A stretch of 32,000 nt of DNA. Source: Candidatus Saccharimonadota bacterium. Lineage in GTDB: Bacteria; Patescibacteriota; Patescibacteriia; 2-12-FULL-60-25. The notes below the pieces were generated by a model that was given only the letters and a program-made list of their open reading frames with translations, was not told the DNA's origin and ran no database searches. Numbering within the stretch: the stretch's first letter is position 1; each line of letters begins with the position of its first letter. Made by a program: the position numbers and the translations under genes. Shown piece by piece: positions 1 to 7,202 of this stretch. The stretch spans positions 630,001 to 662,000 of the forward strand of contig CP060222.1 of assembly GCA_023898425.1 (NCBI GenBank). Direction: 5' to 3'.

Positions 1-2378
1 ACAAGAGCATTTGAACCTGTGAGAGCAACTCTTGTCGCCGTAGCACCTGGTGGGATAACAAAGGAACATTCAAAACGTTGCCAATTTGTACCAAAGCTCT
101 GTGTTGAGATTGCTGGCTCTCCTGTAGCAACACAGCCCGAAGAACGGTAAATAGCCGTTAAATCAGAAGCTGCAGCATTTGTACTCGCTTCCATTTGGAA
201 GCTCGCTGCACCAGCGTCAAGAGCACGAACATTTGCAGAAATAGTAACGATATTACCAGGTAGCGTTGCGACCGTCTGCGAAAGCGGTTGACTGGTAGCC
301 TCATAAGCACGCGTTCCAACGAGAGCGGAGTCACCGTCCGCGGCTACTGGTTCTGAGTATTCATATCCAGACTGCGCACTTGTCCAACCGTCGAGCGCCG
401 TTGGACTGCTTTCAGATGATTCAAATGAAGCATTTTCTAAGTAATTCAATGCCGTACCACCCACCTCTGCTGCAAGCAATTTTGTACAACCGTCATCGTT
501 TGCTGCACACGCGGTAAGCGCTTTGTCAGCGTAGAATTTTGGACCATTTTCGTTCCAGGTGCCATCTTGGTTGAGTTCGCTGAAGTACGCAGAACAACCG
601 ACATTGTCGGCACTACAGACACTGCTTTCAATCGTGTTACGTAGATAAGAAACATTTTGGCCTGTACGCGTTGTGTAAGAACGGCAACTCGCATTACGTT
701 CTAAACATTGTGTTGAGTTAAAGCGATACGTTGTTTTTTCTGCAACACAATATCCATAACCACCTACACATTGACCGTTTTCGTCACGCTGTAAACATGT
801 TTGGATATCACGGCATTCTTCACGACGTTCAGGAGCGGTACGCGATGAGATAAGTGACTCACCAAAACCCGTTAGCTTACATTGTTGAGGAAAAGAGGTT
901 AGCACCCAGTTTTTATCAATAAGTTTACACCAAGGAAATTGAGCATCTCTCTCGCCTTGAGCGTTACATTGCGAAAAACCATCAACCACTTCTTTTAACG
1001 TAACGCAACCCGCTGGATTCTGACAGCGAATGATGTTCTCTTGCGAATTTGCTGCAAATTCAAAACCAATCGGAATAATACGCATGGCACGTAATTTTGC
1101 GAGATTACCTGCACAATAGCCATAGGTATAACATTGTGAATCTTGATTACGTTTTGCATCCGTAACAGGGATGAGTTGCCAAGAACCCTTAAGGAGATCT
1201 TGTTCGAGTGCTTTTTCGATCGTTAAATTACCCTCACCATCTTGACCGGTTACCGTTTGTGCCAATGATTCATCCATCGCACAGTTCCAAATATTTCTAC
1301 CCGAATCAGGACATGAGTAAAGATCAGATAATACCTCTACATCACTTGTTCGTAATAAACTAAAATCACGCAACTCAATATTGGCTAAACGATTATCTGT
1401 GGCATTTTTTACAAAGGCTGCATCCGGTGATGAAACACCGCCTTTTTTCTTATTGTCTTTAAATGCATCAACAAGGCCTTTGATGAGGCCTTTTTGCATT
1501 ACTTTGTTTAGGACTTTTGAAGAGAGTGTATTCAAAAAGACAGAAGCCGTATAAATACCGAGCTGAGCGGCACCAGCTTTATAAGCATTTCCAATAATAC
1601 CCTGCTGTTTTGTTACCTCACCTGTTTTTGGATCTTTAACAACCGCTTGATCAAAAGTGCTTTGTATCACAGCTGCTGGCGTGCGCACATTACCACTCAC
1701 AATATCCTCAAGGTTTTGAAAAGCTCCAGTTTCTTTGCGGTTTTCACGCGCTGTGTCTACGTCTTGCTCAATTAATGTATAAGACCTGCCAAGAATACGT
1801 AAGCTCGCACCAAGATCACTACCGTTATAAGAGATACCTTCGGAGATATAGTCTAATACCTCGGTATTAGAAAGCGTTGTATAAAGATTGCGGTAATTAC
1901 TAATGACCTGTTTAAAGTCACAACGAGGTTGCGTATTAAAATTACCCTGTCCTAAGCCAGGAAACTGACCGCCAATCGTTAACTGCAACTGCAATAACTG
2001 CTGAGGATTTGGTGGCGTACAAAGATTAATACCAGAATCTCTAAAGAAGGAGAGATCTGAGATATCACCAAGAACCTGCCCTGCTGCATCACCTGCGACA
2101 TCGGCTAAATACGCTTTTGGCCCTTTTTTAAACACGAGCGCAGATTGACCCTTGCCTCCATTAGCAATGTAATTTGCTGCATCATAGGCAATACGGGAGG
2201 TAAATTTTTGCAAAGCATTATAAAAAATGGTTACACCTGCCGTGAGAATTTTTGTACCAATCTTCTCTTTGACTTGTTTTACCTGATCCGGAATATCTGC
2301 ATCAATTGTGGCAACTACCTTGCCCTGTGCATTTACTACTTCTGCCGCCATTGGACCTATGGCAATCCAAAATGTCAT
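1..2378 (-). CDS. Large secreted cysteine-rich protein of unknown function. Partial: about 790 N-terminal codons are in the window and the 3' end lies beyond position 1.
   Basis: The minus-strand frame (codon first bases at positions = 2 mod 3) is open from 2422 to the left edge. Spot re-translations at 1-60, 421-480, 661-720, 961-1020, 1321-1380, 1561-1620, 1861-1920 and 2281-2340 showed no stops. The ORF is missing from the supplied track because its stop is outside the window. The first in-frame ATG is at 2378, giving MTFWIAIGPMAAEVVNA/QG (signal-peptide-like). The middle region is Cys-rich (QCYTYGYCAGN, QCVGGYGYCVAE). I recognise no family. Confidence 0.7.
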   Translation of the reverse strand, partial: MTFWIAIGPMAAEVVNAQGKVVATIDADIPDQVKQVKEKIGTKILTAGVTIFYNALQKFTSRIAYDAANYIANGGKGQSALVFKKGPKAYLADVAGDAAGQVLGDISDLSFFRDSGINLCTPPNPQQLLQLQLTIGGQFPGLGQGNFNTQPRCDFKQVISNYRNLYTTLSNTEVLDYISEGISYNGSDLGASLRILGRSYTLIEQDVDTARENRKETGAFQNLEDIVSGNVRTPAAVIQSTFDQAVVKDPKTGEVTKQQGIIGNAYKAGAAQLGIYTASVFLNTLSSKVLNKVMQKGLIKGLVDAFKDNKKKGGVSSPDAAFVKNATDNRLANIELRDFSLLRTSDVEVLSDLYSCPDSGRNIWNCAMDESLAQTVTGQDGEGNLTIEKALEQDLLKGSWQLIPVTDAKRNQDSQCYTYGYCAGNLAKLRAMRIIPIGFEFAANSQENIIRCQNPAGCVTLKEVVDGFSQCNAQGERDAQFPWCKLIDKNWVLTSFPQQCKLTGFGESLISSRTAPERREECRDIQTCLQRDENGQCVGGYGYCVAEKTTYRFNSTQCLERNASCRSYTTRTGQNVSYLRNTIESSVCSADNVGCSAYFSELNQDGTWNENGPKFYADKALTACAANDDGCTKLLAAEVGGTALNYLENASFESSESSPTALDGWTSAQSGYEYSEPVAADGDSALVGTRAYEATSQPLSQTVATLPGNIVTISANVRALDAGAASFQMEASTNAAASDLTAIYRSSGCVATGEPAISTQSFGTNWQRFECSFVIPPGATATRVALTGSNAL

Positions 2379-2432
2379 CGCAACAATCAGTGCGGACAGC
2401 GCTCTCTTTTGTGAAAATGATTCTTCATACGT

Positions 2433-3206
2433 TTAAGGATTGGTGGTGGTAGAAACAGGAATGACAGGAACCGTTGATGTCGTTGATGAAGCGCTAGCTG
2501 CTTCTTGTAACTGTTGACGTATCTTTACCGCTTCGCCAAAAGCTGAAAGGTAAATATCGTCAATTTGCGCATTAGGCAGATCCGAGAGTTCATTTGCTGT
2601 CACATACCCTGTCTCTACAAGATATTGGCGTTTCTGCTCTGAGCTTATCAGTGTAGGGTCAGGCGCCTGGAGAATAAAGGCTTCAACGGGATTGTCTGCT
2701 TCAAGTAAATCGCTATTTGCTTCTCCTGTAACTCGATCATTGTTGAGACCTTGTATACATTGCTGACCCTTTGGACAATTAGGATCTGTGCCTTGAGCGA
2801 TCTCGATAGCATCAGCGAATCCATCAGAGTCTGAATCTGCGAGATACGGTGACGTTTTATAAATCTTCAACTCGCTGTAATCATTTAATCCGTCTCGATC
2901 TGTGTCTTTTTTTCTTAGCTCAAGATCTTGATTGTTTTGCGTGAGGAGATCGTCATACAAGTTTGCCGACTCTCGTATTGTAGCCAATGGAACGAAAAAA
3001 GGCCCGGTCACCCTTAAGCGTAAATACGCCGCAGAAAAACCGAGCACACCAAAACCGACCATGCATAAAATCCCTATAGCAAAACGACTCTCTTGCGGGA
3101 GCTCTCGCCACTGGGTTCGTATTCGATCGGTAAACTCAAGGGGCATAGTATGATAATACCATACCAGCCATTCTCTCACTAGCGTTTGAGGCTGAGTTAT
3201 CAACAT
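2433..3206 (-). CDS. Single-pass membrane protein with two DxDxDG (thrombospondin type-3-like) calcium-binding motifs and an S/T-rich tail
   Basis: 257-aa ORF with a TM helix (FAIGILCMVGFGVLGFSAAYL). It carries the motifs DTDRDGLNDYSE and DSDSDGFADAIE (nt about 2802-2906). The C-terminus is ASASSTTSTVPVIPVSTTTNP. The stop at 2433 lies 5 nt before ATG 2428 of the next gene. The start is uncertain (ATG 3206 or internal ATG 3146). Confidence 0.7.
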   Translation of the reverse strand: MLITQPQTLVREWLVWYYHTMPLEFTDRIRTQWRELPQESRFAIGILCMVGFGVLGFSAAYLRLRVTGPFFVPLATIRESANLYDDLLTQNNQDLELRKKDTDRDGLNDYSELKIYKTSPYLADSDSDGFADAIEIAQGTDPNCPKGQQCIQGLNNDRVTGEANSDLLEADNPVEAFILQAPDPTLISSEQKRQYLVETGYVTANELSDLPNAQIDDIYLSAFGEAVKIRQQLQEAASASSTTSTVPVIPVSTTTNP

Positions 3207-3238
3207 CTATCTTGTCGCTATTATGATATTCTGAAACT

Positions 3239-3619
3239 ATGCAAGACTTTTTTCTCGAAACTTCTGACGGTCAAGATTGGTTAGATCAGCCACAAGAGGG
3301 CGAGCTTCATGTTGATGTGTTTCGTGATGGAGAACAACTCGTCATTCGCTCCAGTGCTGCGGGCATTAAAGCCGAGGATCTACAGTTATCGGTTGATGGT
3401 GACTTATTAACCATCAGAGGTGAACGAAAACAACAGCAGACGATCGCAGATGATGACTGGTTTCATCGAGAATGCTATTGGGGTGCCTTTAGCCGATCAC
3501 TTGTATTACCTCTAGATGTTGATGCAGACCATGCTATAGCTAGCATGAAAGACGGGATCCTCGAAATACGTCTACCAATTCGTCACTCATCAAAAACCAT
3601 ACCCGTTAAAGCAAAATAG
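3239..3619 (+). CDS. Hsp20/alpha-crystallin family small heat-shock protein
   Basis: 126 aa. It has the alpha-crystallin domain pattern (VDVFRDGEQLVIRSSAAGIKAEDLQLSVDGDLLTIRGER ... FSRSLVLPLDVD ... ASMKDGILEIRLP). Confidence 0.9.
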   Translation: MQDFFLETSDGQDWLDQPQEGELHVDVFRDGEQLVIRSSAAGIKAEDLQLSVDGDLLTIRGERKQQQTIADDDWFHRECYWGAFSRSLVLPLDVDADHAIASMKDGILEIRLPIRHSSKTIPVKAK

Positions 3620-3669
3620 GCACTCTGCCATCTTGTCTGAACTCTAAAGACCTTGTACTCTAACCAAAT

Positions 3670-5532
3670 ATGAAAGAGTCTATCTCTTCGGCTTTCTTAA
3701 AGTCCGGATATATTATCGCTATTGTCGGTGGGCTCGTACTCGCACTTTCTGCCACAGGATTTGTCGCCGCCTTTACCTATGACAAGGTCTTTGAAGGACG
3801 CATATTGCCAGGCGTAATTGTAGGTAGCGACCGCTTAGATGGCCTCAGCTATGAAAAAGCCTATGCTCTTATCGAAGATTCCGTTGACACAGCAACGCGA
3901 AACGGCTTTGTTTTTCAATTTAAAGGCAAAGATTATACGCTTTCTCGGACCAATATTCCTTTTGATGACCCTGATCTCGCACGAGACTTATTACGTTGCC
4001 AAACCGATATCGCTGTAAAAGAAGCGTTTGAGAGCGGTCGCGGCAAAAGCTTTATTGTAAACGCCTTAGAACGCGGACGTATGGCTGTATATCCAAAACG
4101 TCTCGATGTGCCCTGCGAAGGCAATACGGAGCTACTAAGTAAACAGCTCCAGCAATTACTCGAGACGGAGATCAAGCCAGCGGTTGATGCAAGGCTAATG
4201 GCTGTTTCTACGAGCGGAACTTCACCAACCATTCAAGTCGATCCTGAAGTTATTGGTGTTTCTGCTGATATTGAGTCCGCCGTAGCTCAATGGCAAGCGA
4301 TGACAAAACGCATGCAGTATCAGCCAATTGTGATTAAGAGCACCGAATTACGCCCAAGAGTCACAAAAGCGCAATTAGAACCTCTTCTTCACCAGGCACC
4401 GGCTATTCTTGAGCATGCACCGATCTCGTTATTAATCGACAGAACGCCCTTTACTGTAACCACGAGTACGCTTGCAAGTTGGATTACAGCAACATCAACC
4501 TCAAATGGCTTTGAGCTTACACTCTCCCCTATTGCTATTGTAGATTCTCTTGCTCAACCTGCAGCAAATATCTTGCAAGAAGCAAAAAATGGCTATCTTG
4601 AGCTTAATGCAAATGGTGGCATTAAAACGTTTACCGCACCAAAAGAAGGTGTCGCTATAGATGGTGTGAGTACTGCGAAAGTTATTTTAGATAGCATTGC
4701 TTCAACGAGCTCAAAAAAGACCCTTACCGTTGCATTGGAGCGTGTAACACCGCGCATCGAAGGTGCAGACGCCGAAAGACTTGGTATTCACGACTTATTA
4801 GGCGTTGGGACCTCCTATTTTGATGGTTCGCCCGCAAATCGTCGTAAGAACATCGCAAAAGGCAAAGATCTAATGAATGGTGTCCTTATTGCTCCAGGTG
4901 AAGAATTTTCACAATTAGCTACGCTCGGTGATATCGACGGCGCACATGGTTGGTTGCCAGAACTTGTTATCAAGGGTGATAAAACCGTCCCAGAATACGG
5001 TGGCGGTCTTTGCCAAGTAGGATCTACGTCATTTAGAGCAGCTATGGCTGCTGGACTTGAGATCACAGAACGTCGCAATCATAGCTATCGTGTACGTTAT
5101 TATGAGCCTATTGGTACCGATGCCACCATCTACGAGCCTTCACCGGATTTTCGCTTCAGAAACAATACCGCTGCACATATCTTAATTACCGCTGATATGA
5201 AAGGCGATGGACTCTATTTCTCAATCTGGGGTACGAATGACGGCAGAAAAGCGGAGCAAAAGCTCTCAGGCGCCTACAATATCGTCCCAGCTCCAGCCAC
5301 AAAATATATTGAAACAACAGACTTGGCACCTGGTCAAAAACGCTGCACTGAGTCCGCACATGCAGGTGCCTCAGCTCATGTTGACTATAAAGTCACTTAC
5401 GGCGACGGAACCTCTTCTACAAACAGATTTACCAGCGTTTATCGCCCATGGGGAGCTGTTTGTTTGATCGGTGTTGCCGCTATCACCGAACCAGTGACAA
5501 ACCCTACAGAAACCGTCCCTCTCGCAGACTAA
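3670..5532 (+). CDS. VanW-domain protein with an N-terminal membrane anchor
   Basis: 620 aa with an N-terminal TM (YIIAIVGGLVLALSATGFVAAF). The VanW core is ANRRKNIAKGKDLMNGVLIAPGEEFSQLATLG ... EYGGGLCQVGSTSFRAAMAAGLEITERRNHSYRVRYY. Confidence 0.85.
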   Translation: MKESISSAFLKSGYIIAIVGGLVLALSATGFVAAFTYDKVFEGRILPGVIVGSDRLDGLSYEKAYALIEDSVDTATRNGFVFQFKGKDYTLSRTNIPFDDPDLARDLLRCQTDIAVKEAFESGRGKSFIVNALERGRMAVYPKRLDVPCEGNTELLSKQLQQLLETEIKPAVDARLMAVSTSGTSPTIQVDPEVIGVSADIESAVAQWQAMTKRMQYQPIVIKSTELRPRVTKAQLEPLLHQAPAILEHAPISLLIDRTPFTVTTSTLASWITATSTSNGFELTLSPIAIVDSLAQPAANILQEAKNGYLELNANGGIKTFTAPKEGVAIDGVSTAKVILDSIASTSSKKTLTVALERVTPRIEGADAERLGIHDLLGVGTSYFDGSPANRRKNIAKGKDLMNGVLIAPGEEFSQLATLGDIDGAHGWLPELVIKGDKTVPEYGGGLCQVGSTSFRAAMAAGLEITERRNHSYRVRYYEPIGTDATIYEPSPDFRFRNNTAAHILITADMKGDGLYFSIWGTNDGRKAEQKLSGAYNIVPAPATKYIETTDLAPGQKRCTESAHAGASAHVDYKVTYGDGTSSTNRFTSVYRPWGAVCLIGVAAITEPVTNPTETVPLAD

Positions 5533-5594
5533 AAAGGCTATTTTGCCTCTATTTACGTAAAAAAAGCCTTTTTTCGCATAAAAGAAGCCCTATC

Positions 5595-5623
5595 TTGACA
5601 GATTGGGCTTTCTCATGTATACT
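5595..5623 (+). promoter_or_regulatory. Near-consensus sigma70-type promoter (TTGACA-17 nt-TATACT) driving the candidate small RNA
   Basis: TTGACA lies at 5595-5600, followed by an exact 17-nt spacer and TATACT at 5618-5623. No protein gene lies downstream on this strand. Confidence 0.6.
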
Positions 5624-5629
5624 CCAGGT

Positions 5630-5768
5630 CTCATTTGACAGCCGTTTAAGCAATCCGCGTTCACGACAAGCATGGAATCTTTGCGTAGGGTGCCGCAGGT
5701 CTCACGACTCGCTCTCCCCTATAGAAAGATTTCTTGAATGCGGATTGCTTAAGTAGCTGTCTTTTTTG
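5630..5768 (+). ncRNA. Unclassified structured small RNA: a rod-like hairpin whose closing helix doubles as an intrinsic terminator
   Basis: Arm 5637-5658 pairs with arm 5740-5761 (22 bp, one C.A mismatch, two G.U pairs), followed by TTTTTTGTTTT. The interior forms stacked helices 5659-5663/5735-5739, 5674-5682/5725-5733, 5686-5690/5717-5721 and 5695-5701/5706-5712, with a UCAC apical loop. A consensus promoter sits just upstream. I did not see hallmark motifs of SRP RNA, RNase P, tmRNA or 6S RNA. Confidence 0.55.
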
Positions 5769-5792
5769 TTTTCTGAAATCATCACCCTCATT

Positions 5793-5818
5793 CCCTCTTC
5801 TTTATTTAAAGAAGAGGG
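5793..5818. repeat. GC-clamped AT-core palindromic hairpin (copy 1 of 2)
   Basis: ccctcttcttt-attt-aaagaagaggg forms a perfect 11-bp stem. It is closely related to the hairpin at 5845-5868. Confidence 0.5.
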
Positions 5819-5844
5819 AGGCTTAACAATATCGTTCAGTCACT

Positions 5845-5868
5845 CCCCTTCTTTAAATAAAGAAGGGG
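5845..5868 (-). terminator. Hairpin directly downstream of trxB (copy 2 of the palindrome); probable terminator
   Basis: ccccttcttta-aa-taaagaagggg lies 12 nt after the trxB stop. There is no clear U-tract, so its terminator function is inferred from position. Confidence 0.45.
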
Positions 5869-5879
5869 CCGGGGGATGA

Positions 5880-6797
5880 TTACTGTGCGAGATATTTCTC
5901 CGCATCAAGGGCTGCCATACAGCCTGATCCTGCAGCAGTAATTGCTTGGCGATAACGAGAGTCTTGAACATCACCACAAGCAAATAATCCTGGTATATTC
6001 GTTAAGCTTGTCCCTGGCACCGTTTTGATATAGCCATGATCATCGAGATCCACCAAATCCGCAACAAGGCTCGTATTTGGCATATGTCCAATAGCTGCAA
6101 AAACGCCATCAATAGCCATTTCGGTGATATTGCCGTTTTGGTTATTTTTGAGCTTTACACCTGTTACCATGTCTTGCTCAACGCCCAAAATCTCAATAAC
6201 TTCGCTATTCCAGATAACATCAATCTTTGGATTATTTAAGGCGCGATCTTGCATGATTTTAGAAGCCTTAAATGAATCTCTGCGATGAACGATGGTGACT
6301 TTTTCTGCAAAACGCGTAAGAAAATTTGCTTCTTCCATGGCGCTGTCTCCACCGCCTACAACAATCACGTTTTTGCCACGAAAGAAAAACCCGTCGCAGG
6401 TAGCACATGCGCTTACACCTTTGCCGTAAAGAGCCTTTTCTGATTCAAGGCCGATACGCTTCGCCGTTGCGCCTGTAGAAAGAATAACGGTCTTTGACTG
6501 ATACGTCTCAGATCCAACCGCTACCTCAAAGCCACCTTCGATGCGTTTAATCGCATCAACGCGTTTTGAGATAATATTCGTCTCAAAACGTGCCGCTTGC
6601 GCACGCATCTCTGCCATGAGATCTGGTCCCATGATACCTTTTGGAAAACCAGGAAAGTTTTCTACCTCGGTTGTTGTCATGAGCTGACCGCCTGGTTCAT
6701 CACCTTCAAAAACCGTTGGCTTGAGTTCTGCGCGAGCTGCATAGACGGCCGCTGTCCAACCTGCCGGCCCTGAACCAACGATAATAATATCTTGCAT
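5880..6797 (-). CDS. trxB: Thioredoxin-disulfide reductase (low-molecular-weight type)
   Basis: It shows the FAD motif IIIVGSGPAGWTAA, the redox-active CATCDG, and the NADPH motif VVGGGDSAMEEA. An alternative GTG start at 6803 gives the 307-aa track ORF; ATG 6797 gives MQDIIIVG. Confidence 0.95.
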   Translation of the reverse strand: MQDIIIVGSGPAGWTAAVYAARAELKPTVFEGDEPGGQLMTTTEVENFPGFPKGIMGPDLMAEMRAQAARFETNIISKRVDAIKRIEGGFEVAVGSETYQSKTVILSTGATAKRIGLESEKALYGKGVSACATCDGFFFRGKNVIVVGGGDSAMEEANFLTRFAEKVTIVHRRDSFKASKIMQDRALNNPKIDVIWNSEVIEILGVEQDMVTGVKLKNNQNGNITEMAIDGVFAAIGHMPNTSLVADLVDLDDHGYIKTVPGTSLTNIPGLFACGDVQDSRYRQAITAAGSGCMAALDAEKYLAQ

Positions 6798-6808
6798 ACG
6801 CACGATCG

Positions 6809-7132
6809 TTATTTTGTATAAGCCGAAAGCTTTTCAGCAAGCGCTTCTTTTGTCATTGAACCTACAAATTTTTCGACAACTTCTCCGTTTTTAAAAACAA
6901 TAGATGTAGGAATAGAGAGCACGCGATATTCCATAGCAATCTTTTGCGCTGCATCAACATCTAATTTTCCAACAATCAACTTTGATGGATCTACTTCGTT
7001 TGAAAACTCCTCGACTATTGGTCCAAAGGCCTTGCAAGGAGGGCACCATTCAGCCCAAAAATCTACAAAAACAGGGACGGAGGATTTTAGTACTTCTTGC
7101 TCAAAATTTTCTTCTGTAAAGTGTTTGGCCAT
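6809..7132 (-). CDS. trxA: Thioredoxin (active site WCPPC)
   Basis: MAKHFTEENFEQEVLKSSVPVFVDFWAEWCPPCKAFGP is a typical thioredoxin fold of about 107 aa. The track start at 7252 would read through the infB terminator hairpin, so I chose the internal ATG at 7132. Confidence 0.9.
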   Translation of the reverse strand: MAKHFTEENFEQEVLKSSVPVFVDFWAEWCPPCKAFGPIVEEFSNEVDPSKLIVGKLDVDAAQKIAMEYRVLSIPTSIVFKNGEVVEKFVGSMTKEALAEKLSAYTK

Positions 7133-7172
7133 AGGATGTTCAATAAAGAATCGTGTATAGATAATAAAGATG

Positions 7173-7200
7173 AAACCGCTCCCTGACAAGGGAGCGGTTT
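7173..7200 (-). terminator. Hairpin terminator after infB
   Basis: aaaccgctccc-tgacaa-gggagcggttt has an 11-bp stem and lies 3 nt downstream of the infB stop. It is followed on the minus strand by a T-rich stretch (catctttatt). Confidence 0.6.
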
Positions 7201-7202
7201 CT

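Noticed and set aside
700-2140. The near-total absence of track ORFs here made me consider stop-codon reassignment (for example UGA as sense, as in Gracilibacteria/SR1) or a large non-coding region.
   Set aside because: The minus-strand frame is open in the standard code to the window edge, so the track simply omits ORFs without an in-window stop. All other genes are intact under code 11, and TGA ends the rpiB ORF (18738-18740).
5448-5756. 102-aa plus-strand ORF overlapping the end of the VanW-like gene and the whole sRNA region.
   Set aside because: It spans a promoter and a long inverted repeat, has no ribosome-binding site, and its composition is Arg/Ser/Cys-rich junk. The RNA-structure interpretation explains it better.
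5630-5768. I considered assigning the structured RNA to SRP (4.5S) RNA, 6S RNA, RNase P RNA or tmRNA.
   Set aside because: There is no GNRA apical tetraloop with AGCA/AGG symmetric-loop residues and no GAGGAAAGUCC. It is too short for RNase P or tmRNA, and it has no large central bubble as in 6S RNA. I left it unclassified rather than forcing a name.
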